A DNA stretch of 64,000 nt from Schmidtea polychroa (lineage: Eukaryota), in the NCBI GenBank assembly GCA_044892525.1, contig CM097885.1, positions 21,392,001 through 21,456,000 of the forward strand, in the 5' to 3' direction. Below the pieces are notes generated by a model. The model saw only the letters and a list, made by a program, of their open reading frames with translations, searched no databases and was not told the origin of the DNA. Within the stretch, counting starts at the first letter, position 1, and each line of letters begins with the position of its first letter. A program made the translations under genes and the position numbers. Below, piece after piece: positions 26,530 through 39,800 of this stretch.

Positions 26530-28463
26530 GGTTATTTGAATGATGTTATGACCGTCTCTCTGATTGTGTTTGCGTATTTTACTACCATATTTCTAATTGT
26601 CGCCGCCGATTTCGGAACAATAAACCCACGAGCTCCTAGCGATGTTCTCAGTTCAGCCGATGTGGCAAATACGCTAAAGGGCAGTCCGTCAAGGGCGGTC
26701 ATTCTAGAAAGAACTGCAGGCAACGACTTGTCATGTTGATTTTGGAAGAAATCGGTGATCAGAGGTTTGGGTTTTTTGGCCGATGACAACGGAGCCGATG
26801 AAAACGAAGCCGATGACGATGCTGCATCTTGGGTCGATTTTCTCTTTAGCAAGTCAATTTCATGGTTTGTTCTTAGATGTGTATGGAGTCCACTGGTACT
26901 GCCACCATGTGATTTTATCTCTTTGTCGCATTTCTTACACTTTGAAAGTTGATTTTCTTTATCACGCAGAAAATAAAACCACACAAAATTTTCGTCTACT
27001 CGTGCGCCGGTGCTGAACTCTTTGAATATTTTTTGGGACATTTTGGGGGTTTCTGGATATTAAATTAATATAAAACTTTTTTTGTCTATTTCTTGTTGTC
27101 TTCAAACAAAAACAAAAATCTGCAAATAAAATCGAACTAATTCATTTAAAGTACCCAAATCTATGTTTATAAATTAAATACTTACTATTTAAATGCAAAT
27201 TTACTAACGTAGACGTATTTATTTGAATAAATATCAATCGGATTTCAATTTAACTACTGAATTATTATATAACGTTATTGTTATTATTGAATTTAAAAGT
27301 AGGTTTCTGAAATTTCGGGTCAATAAAATAATTAAATCTAGCACATCGCATACTAGAAATATTTGGTTAATGGGATTTATGTTTAAATATCCAAAGCAAA
27401 ATTAAGTTTAAAATCATTCTTAAATAAAAATTTTACTTATTTTTAATCTTGATTATTTATATGTTTTTTAGACTTCCAATTATATGACGATCTAGATAAT
27501 AAATTATCAAATGTTACAAGAAACTGTTGTAATTTGTACAACATTAATTGAAAAAACATTTTTTTTACTAAAAAACAACGCATGAGTAAAAAAACCAGAA
27601 AATTTCACTACAAATAGCTATTGTAATAAAAAAGCGCTTATTTTGAAAATAAATGAACAATTTACTCAATTAAAATAATAAGTTAAATAATGAGCATATG
27701 TGGCAATGTTATATTCGTGGACAGATTAAAATCATTTTGCTTTGTCCAAAAATATTTGCGATGATTTCAAATTGAAAAGTAAATAAATAAATAAAAATAC
27801 ATTCATAACAAAAAACCTTCCTACATTATTATTGGATCAGTTCAAATTTCTGAAAAAAACCACGATAAGCAAGCCACCATATTTTTATCAGAGGTTAGGA
27901 AATCTAAGCTTATAGTTTGTCGAGTACTCGAAAGTGCTTTTTTTTGTAAGGGAAGGTTTATTTGCGCGGGTAAAATACAATTCAGAATGCATAAAGTTTT
28001 TTTTATTTAACGTTATCATAATTACTTATAAAACTTTATGCCTAATAATCTATTAGGCATAAAGTTTTTGCATGAGTACTGAAGATATAATAGAGACATT
28101 TGTCTTTTTAAATACTAGTTAAATAATAAATAGTCAGGAAACAATAAATTTAGTCAGGAAAAATTGTAATTGGTCATGAATTTTACAATTTTTAGTTCTG
28201 CATAAACAGTCATGCAAAACCATTAATAGTCCTGCATTCGTCAATTTAGTTATGAAAGTCTAATTTATTTTTGCTTAAAAAAGCAATGCCTTATTATTAT
28301 AATATTTTTTAAGTAAAATTGAGAAACAATTTTAAATATTTTTTATATATCCTATACCGGAAATACCGGCATTGATCCAACTCAATACCGGTATTTCGGT
28401 ACCAGAAAAAAGTCCGGTAATACCGGTAGTACCGATACCGGTATACCGGTATTGAATGCACTA
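26530..28463 (-). mobile_element. hAT transposon 5' half with BED-finger ORF (26532-27041)
   Basis: Minus-strand terminus TAGTGCATTCAATACCGG with ATACCG repeats; VWFYF..CKKC..STSGLHTHLRTNH BED finger and DGLPFS motif. Confidence 0.85.
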
Positions 28464-30732
28464 CTGCTACCTTTGTAAAAAATTTATTAGAAATAGAGTT
28501 AGGGATCATTGTCACTTTTCAGGTAAGTATCTTGGTGCTGCCTGTAGGAAATGTAATGTTTCTCGACGAATTCAGAAACAGTTACCTGTGGTTTTTCACA
28601 ATTTGAGGGGGTATGATCTCCATCATATTTTGAAGTACGGTCTCAATAATTTTCCTTCTTGGGAATTAAATATTATTCCGACCACTACCGAGAAATTCAT
28701 CTCTCTTATCGCGTACATTAACAAATTGTCTGTTCGTTTTATTGACATCATGCAGTTTGTTAATTCTTCTTTAGCAAAAGCGGTTAAGACTCTTTCCGAT
28801 CTGCCTTTAACTTCTTCTGTTTTCGATGGCGCAATTGTTCGATCCAAAGGTATCTTTCCTTATGACTTTGCCACATCTCTTGAGGTTCTGGAATCGACTC
28901 TTGAATTGCCTCCTATCTGGGATTCAGTGTCTAATGATGAATATGCATTAGCCCAAGTAATTTGGACTCAGCAAAACTGTAACAACATGTTAGATTACAT
29001 GTTAACTTACCTTAAATTAGACGTGTTTCTCCTCGCAGACTATTTTCAACAATTCCGTGAAAAGGCCATTGCTTACAATGGTCTTGAGCCTCTTAATTTC
29101 TATGGCATTCCCGGTATGTCATGGGTCTCTGCGCTTATGACATTAACGGAACCCATTGAACTTTTGCAGGACATGGAAATGTTTAATTTCTATGAAGGAG
29201 GGATACGGGGTGGGTTAACATTTGTTAACAAACATTATGTTGCAAGTTCTGAAGACACAGAACTCTTGTATATTGATATTAATAACTTGTATGGTTGGGC
29301 CTTAAGCCAAAATCTGCCTTATGCTGACTTTGTTTGGGTGTATGATGATCTTGATTCTGTCTTGAATGAATGTATGATTGCTGATATCGATAACCTTCCA
29401 TATGGTTATACTATGGAGGTAGATATCGATATACCTGATTGTTTGCATGACTTTCTGAATGATTTTCCTCTTGCTCCGGAAAAGATGTGCCCGCCAAATT
29501 CTAAAGTTGAGAAGCTGATGCTCACGCATTGGCCGAAGAAGAACCATGTTCTTCATTGGCGACTTCTCAAGTTGTATATAGAATTGGGGGCTATTATTAA
29601 AAATGTACATAGAGCAATCAAATTTAAGCATGCACCCATTTTTAAATCTTACATAGACAAAAACACTAATTTGAGAGCCAATTCTACATGTGAGCTGCAC
29701 AGAGATCTATACAAATTATTTAATAATAGTCTGTATGGGAAATCCGTAGAAAACCTTAAAAAACGGATGAATTTGAGGCTATGCAATTCAGCTGAAAAGA
29801 TGATTGTATATGCTTCAAAGCCGACTTTCAAGAAATCTATCAAAATTGATGATGACTTGATTGCTGCACATCTCAATAAGGATTCTATATGTTTAGACAG
29901 GCCTAGTTACATTGGCCAAACGGTGCTAGACCTGTCTAAACTGAGGATGTACCAGTCACAGTATATAGAATTGGCTAAATATAGAAATGAATTTAAATGT
30001 GAGATAAATATCGTTGCCGGCGATACTGACTCCTTTTTTCTTGAGGTTAGGCACTGTAAGCTTGACACTCTTTTGCCGGCAATGATTCGTGACAATCTTT
30101 TAAATACTTCCAACTATGACCCTGCACATCCCTTATACTCTAGAAACCTTGATTCTGTGATAGGTAAATTTAAAGATGAAAGTAAAGGTCTAGGGTATAA
30201 GGAATGGGTTTTCTTAAGACCCAAGTGCTATAGTTTATTAGGGGCTAAAGATCATTTAAAAGCAAAAGGAGTCAGGTTAATAGGTACAGAAATTAGGCAC
30301 GATTCATATTTAGAATGCTACAATAACAACGTAGTATTTTCTGTGCCACAAAGTAGGATAGGGACGCGGAACCATCAATTGTACACATTTAAAAACAATA
30401 AAATCGCGTTGTCAAACAACGACGACAAGCGGTTTTGGGTGGGGAAAAATTCCAGTCTCGCATTTGGTCATTATTTAGCACTAGATGATATAAATGATGA
30501 TCAAATATTTGAAGAAGTTGGGCCACTATTCGGAGGATTAAGTCCAGATTTTGTTTCTGGTGATGAGGAAGTGGGTCCACTTTTCAATGGTTTAAGTCTA
30601 GATTTCGATTCTGGTGATGATCCTAATGATGAAATAGATATAGATGATGTACAATTGAGTGACGAAATCGATATTGATGATGTACAATTGAGTGACGAAA
30701 TTGATATTGATGATGTACAATTGAGTGATTAA
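28464..30732 (+). pseudogene. Second (inverted) copy of the pPolB C-terminal ~755 codons
   Basis: Translation identical to the minus-strand copy from CYLCKK onward; the ORF-track ATG comes from the hAT TIR. Confidence 0.92.
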
Positions 30733-33377
30733 GCGATTTTAATATCTTTTTCCTGTGATAAATTAATATAACTTTGTAAAAACATTGATTTGTGTTGATT
30801 TTTATTAATGAAAAGTTTTCGTATTTCTTTCTATGGATAAAAATCATTATATTGTGTAATATTATTAAACATTCCTTAAGTGTTTAAACATAGAAAGTAT
30901 ATTAAAAATTGTTTTATTATTGAAAACTAGTAATGTTGTCACTATGGATTAGGACTTTGTTTTGAGCCATTAAAAGAATATAAATTTTTATAAAGTTTTA
31001 TTATTTTTATTTAATTTGATAATACTGTTCATATTTACTTTAGTTTGCAGTGAGCATGTAACTAAATATCTTTGAAAAAAAAATAAATAATAATAATAAT
31101 AATAATAATATGAACAGTACCCATGTGACTTGTTGAGTGTGAGTAGTACCCTTGCTAGCAATACCCATAGGGGACAGAATATCTTGTCGGATAAACTCGG
31201 AGTATATAATAATAATAATTATAATAATAATAATAATAATAATAAAAATAATAATAATAATCAACGATTTAAATAAATTAAATTATTATGTAATCGATAA
31301 TTAAAACAAAAATTATTAGTTCTAAAAATATTAGGCATCGTTCTAAAATAATGAGGCATCGTTCTAAAAATATGACGTAATCATTCTAAAAATATTAGGC
31401 ATCGTTCTAAAATTATGACGTAATCATTCTAAAAATAAGAGGCACTATTCTAAAAATATTATGCATCATTCTAAAAATATTAGGCATCGTTCTAAAAATA
31501 TTAGGCATCGATTACGTAATAGTTCTAAAAATATTAGGCATCGTTCTAAAAATATTAGGCATCGATTACGTAATAGTTCTAAAAATATGTGGCTTCGTTC
31601 TAAAAATATATGGCATCGATTGCGTAATAGTTCTAAAAATATTAGGCATCGTTCTAAAAATATGATGAGTCATCGTATGATAAAAATCTATATCTCATTA
31701 GAAAGTTCTTGCACAGAGCTTTAAAATAAGCTATCGATCAATATAATATGTTGGCGGGAACATTAATCTTTGGGATGAAAAAAAGTGTGAGCCCGCTGTG
31801 CCAATTAATAATATTTTGACAAATAATAATAATTTAACTTTGAAAAAATGGTGGTCATTAAATGTTAATAACATTAAAACTATTAAAGATATATAAGATA
31901 CCTATAGCTCATTCGAAAGGTCTTGGACTGAGCTTTAAGATGAGGTATCGGTCAATAAAATCTGATGGTGGGAACATTAACTTTTGGGATGAAAAAAAGT
32001 GTGAGCCCGCCAGATCACTTAATTTAAAATAAAATTACGTAATAGTTCTAAAAATATTAGGTATTGATTACGTAATAGTTCTAAAAATATGTGGCATCGT
32101 GCTAAAAATTTTTTTTTCCGGGGGGGGAGGGGGTATATGTGATGCGGGAAGCTCCTGATCTGGGGAGCTCCAATCCTACTACTTAAGCACGATGATCTAA
32201 CCTGTGACTTCGATTTCTAGTATCGGTACCACTCTGATGTTTCTTATGTGTTCTGTTAGAAATTTGAGTCTAGAATAGTTTAAATGATCGTTACCCATAT
32301 GCCACTGGACATTATGGGAACGAGCTCATAATGTCCTATACCATAAAAGAGTGAAGATTAGATGTAAAGTTATTTATGTTGTCTATATGCGGTATAGGTT
32401 TATTTCATTACAGAAAAATAGAAAATTGTTGATTCCACACGGGCCACTGGCGGATCAGGCGTTTGTTTATCATTCCAAAAACCCAAGAGCGACGAAAAGA
32501 ATATGAAAATAAATTTCAACTGTAATTTTGGAGTCTAACAAAAAATTATTGATATTTTTTCAGAATTCACTGAATATTTTTGCCCGTTTGTTAAATTGAA
32601 AAACTTGAATCAAAACCCACCCGACGAATTTATCTGACTTAAATTCTGCATTCCAGCCTGAGCGATGTTCGTCTGAGTTTGTATGAGTGTAATTGTCACA
32701 AATATACATCTCGATTTTAAAAATTTTTACATTAAAATCTCGTGACCCCAAGATTTTGCTAAGAAAAAAAAAGAAAAAAAATCAAATTTTATTTTATGTA
32801 AATCGAACTGGCACAAGGCCGAAGGGGAGAACGGTTCTCACCCTTAAATAAACTGAAATTTTTATGTGTATTCTCTTTGGATGCTGGAGTTAGAAACTCT
32901 GGCATCAAACGTGGTTTTTTCTAAGTATTTTATCACCAATCATCTTGGGCATACATTACATAGGAGATTAATAGTTTTTTTCACAATCAAGTATTTTATC
33001 AGCAAGCGGTGGCTTAGTTTTTTCTTTCACAGTATCAGTCTTCGAATTCTGGCATCAAACGCGGTTCTCCATAAAGTATTCTATCAGCAAGCATTCTGTG
33101 CCCACACATATCTAAATGAATTAAATAATTCGGAGTAAGAAGACTCCATTTGCGATTTTTGTAGCCGTCAGATATTATACAATATATTATAGTATGGATT
33201 GGAAGGAATGGTGTTTAAGGTAAGGTGGTTTAAAGGAATAGGTTTTATATTACAAATATTAACGACTAAAAAGGTATTATCAGTTAGGCGGAGCCCATAC
33301 AAGGACTCCTACATTGACCTATTGATAATATAAACTCTTAATGACGTTTTCCCTTCTTCTTTTTGTTATTAGCTTTT

Positions 33378-34368
33378 TTAGGGGTTTTTTTTATGAACAT
33401 TTGACAATATAGTATTTTTTGGAGTTTCTTTTAAGTTGGGTATTTTTTTAATCATTTTAAATTTATTGGCATCGGATTCTAAATGAGTGTCATATTCGTC
33501 ATCTTTATCATTTTCTGGTTTGGTTATACTATCGTCACTATCATTTTCATTTTCACTTGTGCTATCGTTGATTAAATTGATGTTTTTTACTTTCGATAAG
33601 TTATTTTTATCTAGGTCCGACCATCTAAAGCTTCCACTGTAGATATTCGTTTTAGGTAAGGCATATCCAATGTTAGATTGCCATATTTTTAGATAAGAGT
33701 CACTTTCAATAGGGCTATCGTCTAATAGGTAGATGTTTTTGTCACTATCATTTTCACTTTCAATTATGCTATCATTGCCATCGTCCATTAGAATAGTGTT
33801 TATTAATTTCGAAAAGTTATCTAGTTCTGAGGTTTGGGGAATTAGTTTGTTATTATCAGTATTAACTTGGTTTACATTGGTTACTTTGGATGTATTCTTT
33901 TTAGCTGTTAAATAAGCTGTTAAATAAGAGTCATTTTCATTTTCTATAGTGCTATCGTTTTTCTAACGAATCATTATTCATAAAAGAAAGGTAATTCTGA
34001 TTATAATTTACGTTAGATTGCCATATTTTTATGGCTGCTTCGAATGCATCCAGGAATTCTATATGCTGATCTCGGACCAAGTTTTTGATGATAAAGCATC
34101 CAGAGATAAGGTTGTCAGCATATTTATAAGTATTTTGGCTTATATCTCGAATATTGGAGCCAATACAATCCCAGCATGCAATTCGGAGTTCCTTCGACAT
34201 TTCAATGGTTCCTGAAAAATAGTTAAAAAGCTGAAAAGCAATAAAAAACTCATTGATTTCTGCCCCAGTGCTAGCGAATGTTATATGAAGTAATTCTACT
34301 AAGCTCTGGGGACTTATACCAAAACTTTTTAGCGTTGTCATCGGATACACATTGTCACAAATACACAT
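33378..34368 (-). other. Uncharacterised, probably disrupted coding region with internal peptide repeats
   Basis: Two ORFs share KIWQSN, and ENDSD-like repeats recur; a 13-bp tandem duplication lies at about 33903-33929 between them. Confidence 0.35.
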
Positions 34369-35295
34369 GTAGATTTTAAAAAATTAAAAAATAAGCGATT
34401 CAATTTAGGGTCACGACCCATAATTTAAGAAGCTCTGAGTTAAAGTTTAAAGTAAAATCTTCAGTGGGACCGAAGACATACAAGAAACTTTCCAATGGTG
34501 GTCCGCAAACCCGATTGAATATGCTTACTTTTCGCAGAAATTTACCCATTTGGCACATTACCAACTGGTGTCAAGTGGTAAAATCTTCTTGTATCCTCGG
34601 TTTCGTCAGTGACGACTCAAAAGGGTAAATATTTTGCTTACCTGCACCCCACCACAATTGAACAGGCGGCCTCTCACCTTTGCTCAAAAATCTCGTTTGA
34701 CGAATTCAAAACTAATCACCTTTATTGATTTTGGACTGACGCTTAATCGCATTATGTTTACCGCTCGGGTTTCCTTGAGGGCTAATAAATTATTTATATT
34801 TATTGAATAGGTTTTTCTTGGGATCCCCATTAATTTAATTATATTTGTGTTCGTCTCAACATTTACTATCTGTACATGTCCATTTCCTCCTGAACACGTC
34901 AATTTTTATTTTTTATAAGTTTTAGCATTTTATCAATTTGTAAATTTAAATTTATTGGGCGATTTTCAGACTAAAGTGCAGCTAAATTGTCGATTGAATC
35001 AAGGGCACCTGGAGTCGAGAAATTACCCCAAATATGAATTGCAATACCGTTTCTCAAATATATTCATTAACAAAGTTTGGTGATGTAATGCGACAGTTTT
35101 ATACTATCAAATCCCCCCGAAAAAACCACCCAGGTGCTTCAGAAATTCATTATAATAATAAACTCATTTGATTGGTGGAAAATCAAACGTAAGCAACAAC
35201 CAATAAAAATGTAAACCAATAATAAACATTTATTTATTTACAATAATAAAACAAATATAGCCTAAATAATTCTCTATTTTGTATTTGGAAATCAA

Positions 35296-35609
35296 TTATC
35301 GAAATATTCGTAGTAAAACGCCTTGGTTTATTAAATTTTCGCAATCAGAGAGCATCAAAAAATGAGTGCTCCCCTTAAACAAATGTATTATTCCATCAAT
35401 GGTTTCCAACTCTCCGTAATCTTCCAAGCATTTCACTTCGACTTTCAAATTTTTAGGTGGTTGACTTCTTTCTGACAAATCTAATCCGTAACACGAATTT
35501 AGCATTAATGAACCTAAACTTTTATTATAGTTCTTCAACCAATCTTTTTCACTTTCTGTCATACACGCTTGAATTTCTTGTGGAAGAATATGACCATAAA
35601 TCCAACGAT
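35296..35609 (-). pseudogene. GINS1: GINS complex subunit 1 (Psf1), C-terminal ~100 codons
   Basis: YRWIYGHILP...EKDWLKNYNKSL...GLDL...PPKNLKVEVKCLEDYGELET..HFLMLSDCENLINQGVL matches the Psf1 C-terminal pattern; the 5' part is replaced by TIR sequence. Confidence 0.85.
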
Positions 35610-36773
35610 ATTTTGTGCAGGGATGCGCCCTTATTTTTCTATTTATAAATGTTGCTAGGTATTTTCCTTGATATTTATGAATATTTAACCTATCTTCCAA
35701 AGGTTTTAAGCAGGGATCGGCCCTTATTTCCAAGTTAATCCACACTTCCCATAATATTTAAATTATTCTTCAAAGGATTTGAGCAGGGATCTGCTTGTAT
35801 TTCTAATTCTAACCTATATTCCAATGGAAATACTTACAGCGACAGCCCCCCCAACAAAACATACCTCCATTACGCTTAAACCATTAGAAAAACAACCTAA
35901 AACTTATACTTTTATAGTATTTTAACCCTATATTTTGAAAACAACCACCCTTAATGGCTCTAACTGTTTTAATCTTTAAAGCCTCAAACTCAAAAGCTTC
36001 AAACTAAAAACATAAAGAGAATAGAAAAGAAAATGGTATTATGAAAAAGTTAGAGGGCTATTTTGGTTAGGGATATAAACACACTACTTGAGGATGTCAA
36101 CTAGCAAGTTGCTATTTGACTAATTTATAATTTTATAAATCTTAATCTTGATGTCTTGAAGAATAAAAAATTTTATGAAATAGTAAAACTGCTCTGAGAG
36201 GACAGTGGTATTTTTTTTTTCATTGTCCTCTCAACAGTTTTTTTGATCCGGATCATTTTTTTATTCAACCTCTTTCGTTTATCGAATCTCTTCCAATATA
36301 CAAGCTGGCCAGACTCATACATCAGAATCAATTCGATAATAGCAGCACACCTTATTATTCGCTTCTCGCTCGAATACGATTTCATCGGCGTTTTAAGCGT
36401 GCTGCTCGAAAGTACAAATGAATTCGAAAGTGAATCCGAAAGAGGTCCGAAAACAACTGAGAAATAAATGTGCACATTATAGAATCGATCCGGGGTGTGT
36501 TCGAAAGACTGGTGGCGATAATTATCGGTTCACCATCACACCCGTTTCAATAATTTTTTTTCATATTTATGTTTAAAAAATAAAATAAAATATATAAAAT
36601 AAAATAAAAATAAATAAAATAAAATATAAATTTAAGATACCCACAATATTATTTTCAAATTTTTAATATTATTTTATGTTGAAAAAAAACTAACCTCAGA
36701 TGTGATTTGAACCGCTATCTATTTTAACCACTGTGCCAGTCTAGCCCACTGCGCTATCTGGGTTTGGATTTTT
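35610..36773. repeat. Left TIR
   Basis: Reverse complement of 50148-51316. Confidence 0.92.
36682..36763 (-). ncRNA. tRNA-sized Pol III-type unit in the left TIR
   Basis: A box TAGCGCAGTGG, B box GGTTCAAATC, terminal stem, T8 run. Confidence 0.55.
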
Positions 36774-36842
36774 ATTTATAAAATTCTAAAAATTAGACTG
36801 TCACATTATGAAAATGAATAATATATAAATTTAAAAAATAAA

Positions 36843-39800
36843 ATGAAAACAGAGTATCCAATAAAAAATTTTTTTCTAAAAATGAATTGTAATATTTGCA
36901 ATAAAGTTTTTAAAAATAAAACTGGATTAATTTCTCACTTAAAATCGAAAGCTCATTTATTAAAAGAAAATAATCTTAATGATACAAATTCAAAACTTTG
37001 TCCTAAATGTAAAGGAAGATTTCTACATTCTGGATATAATAAACATTTTGAAAATTGTATTGGGAAAAATAGAGAAATATTTACATGTCCTCATTGTAAC
37101 TTTTCAACAAAACTAAATTTCTATTATTTAGAACATATAAAAGAATGTAAAAATAAAAAACAAAATTCTGACGATGAGGAATGTCATTCAGAAGGAGAAC
37201 CTGATCATGTTGAAAGAGAAAAATATAACTGGGATAATTTTAATCATATAGATGAATTTCAATTAAAAATTAATGGACCTGCAACTCCTGTAGAATATAT
37301 AAATAAAAATAAAAAAAATATTAAAAATTCTTTCACTGAAGCTTTAAAAAATTATAAACCGACAAGGTATAATGTTATAAAATATAAAATTATAATCAAA
37401 GCAAAATACTGGCGAGGAGCAGAAGAAAAGACAACACCCTTAGATGTTGAAATTGGAATACCTTTTAAATATTTATTTTCAACTAAAGGATTTGATAAAA
37501 CCATCAAAGAAATAATTAAAGCAGCAGAAGCAAAACAAGAGGAAGTAGAAAATGAATTAGGAGATTCAAACTTAGTATTCAACTCTTTCCAAACTTTAGT
37601 GATTGATTATTGGAGAGGATTACCACCCAATCCTAAATCTTATATTCCTACACCCTTTAAATCTAAAAATGTTATAAACATACAGAATAATGATAACAAA
37701 TGTTTCATCTGGTCAATACTTGCACATTTACATCCTCAAGAATCAAACCCTCAAAGAGTTTCAAAATACAAACAATATGAAAATGAATTAATATTTCCCA
37801 AAGGATTCAAACATCCAATGAAACTAGAAGACATTCCAGAATTTGAAAGTTTAAATAATCTTAAAATTAATATTTATGAACGTGTTAAAGGGAAACATGT
37901 TAATAGTAGAGAAATTATTCCAATTTACATTTCTGATAGTGGAACCAATGGTAACGAAGTACAAGAAAACACTAGAGAAATATATCTTTTAATCTTGGAA
38001 CAACAAAATAATCAACATTATGTTTTAATAAAAAACTTTCAAGCTTTTACATCACCAGAGGATCCAACTAGTGGAGGAGGAACATGTAAAAGATGTCTTC
38101 ATTATTCAACAATTAAAAACTCTATGATTAAACATACAAGATTTTGTGAAAAAGATGAACCAGCTTTAATTAACATGCCTAAAGATCCCAAGATGCATTT
38201 TAAAAACTTTTCAAATTTACTACAAACAGTAGGAGTGCTTTATGGAGACTTTGAATCTATAAATCGTAAACAAGATTTGGTTAAACAATATTTAAAAATA
38301 ATAGAAAAAAATAAACTCATGGATTCATGGAACTCCTCAGGAGAGAAGATGAAACCAGAGAGGATGAAAGCCTTTCTAAGAAAAAGAAACAAACCTAATA
38401 GTGTTAAAAAAACTAAACAATTACCATCTGCTTATAAATTATTATTTAAAAGTAATTATCCTGAACTCATAGAATCTAGAGAATATACATTTCAAGGAAT
38501 TTCAGAAACAGAAGTCTTGAATCATTTTACTAAAAATATAAATGATCTAGAACATGAAATATTTAAAGTATTAAAAACAAAATATGAAATAAATTTTTCA
38601 ATTGAACAATTGGAAGAATATGAAAACTCTTCAAATTGTTGGATGTGTAAACCACCATTTGAGGATCAACTCCTTGAGGAACCTCCAAATAATGAAACTA
38701 TTGAAGAAGAAGAACAAAGAATGTTTCATGAAAGACAATCTTCAAATATAAAAGTCCCCGATCATGATCATTTAAAAAAGGAAAATAATTATCGAGGAGC
38801 AGCTCATAAAAATTACAATCTTAATTGTCATACTCCTAAATTTGTACCTGTTATATTTCATAATCTTTTTGGTTATGACATACATCTATTTATTAAACAT
38901 TTAGCAGAAAATGCTAAAAACTCTTTCAAAGTTATAGGACTTACAAAGGAAAAATATAAATCAGTAGAATATGGAAAATTAAAATTTATAGACTCGTTAA
39001 ACTTTTTCCAAATGTCTCTAGATGCAATAGCAAAAACATTGAAACCAGAAAAATTTAAAATCGCTCGAAAATTCTTGGAAATAAATAATATTCCTCCAGA
39101 AGAATATCCTACATGTTTAGCAAAAGGAATATATCCTTATGACTATGTTGAATCGTTTGAGAGATATAATGAAACAAGTCTTCCTAGCCAAGAAGATTTC
39201 TCTTCACAACTTCAAAAATATCATATTACAGATCAAGAATATTCTCGAGCAAATAAAATGTGGGAATTATTCAAGTGTAAAACTTTAGGAGAATATACAA
39301 GTATGTATTTATCTTTGGATGTTTATATTCTAGCCGATTGTTTTGAAGAATTTACAAAATCTTTTGTTCTTAAACCTTACAATTATATAACAGCACCCTC
39401 TTTAGCTTGGGATACTTTATTATATACCATTTGGACTTCAAATATAGAAGAATCTGATAAAATTATAGATCTTTTAACTAACCTCGATATGTTTAATCAA
39501 ATTAAAACAAACATTAGAGGAGGAGTCTCTTCAGTAATGTGGAATCGAGAAATAAAAGCTAGAAATGCAATAACTACTAGCAGAATGCTTTCAAAGACCT
39601 CTGATCCATATATAAAACTTAACAATGAGGGATTAAAAGAATTATTAGAAACAATGAAAAATCTTCTATTTATACTTTATATAGATGCAACAGCTCTATA
39701 TTCAGGAATTATGACTCAATATTTACCGATGAGTGACTTTCATGAAATATACTCTGAAGATTCCTCAGAAGAATCCTTAAAAGACCTTATGAAAGAAATA

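Larger units (their letters stand above)
21575..32183. mobile_element. Palindromic defective Polinton/Maverick
   Basis: AGTAGTAGG...CCTACTACT termini, 6-bp TSD TAAGCA (21569-21574 and 32184-32189); arms 21575-25312 and 28464-32183 are inverted copies. Confidence 0.93.

Noticed and set aside
23196..30847. Small ORFs antisense to or overlapping polB that appear twice
   Set aside because: Shadow frames duplicated by the palindrome.
34585..34630. Hammerhead-like string on the minus strand (CTTTTGAGTC...GACGAAAC)
   Set aside because: Core deviates from CTGANGA at two positions and stems I and III are unconvincing.
36173..36475. ORFs in the TIR (also 48372-48593 and 50446-50754)
   Set aside because: They recur only because the TIR is repeated; no recognisable motif.
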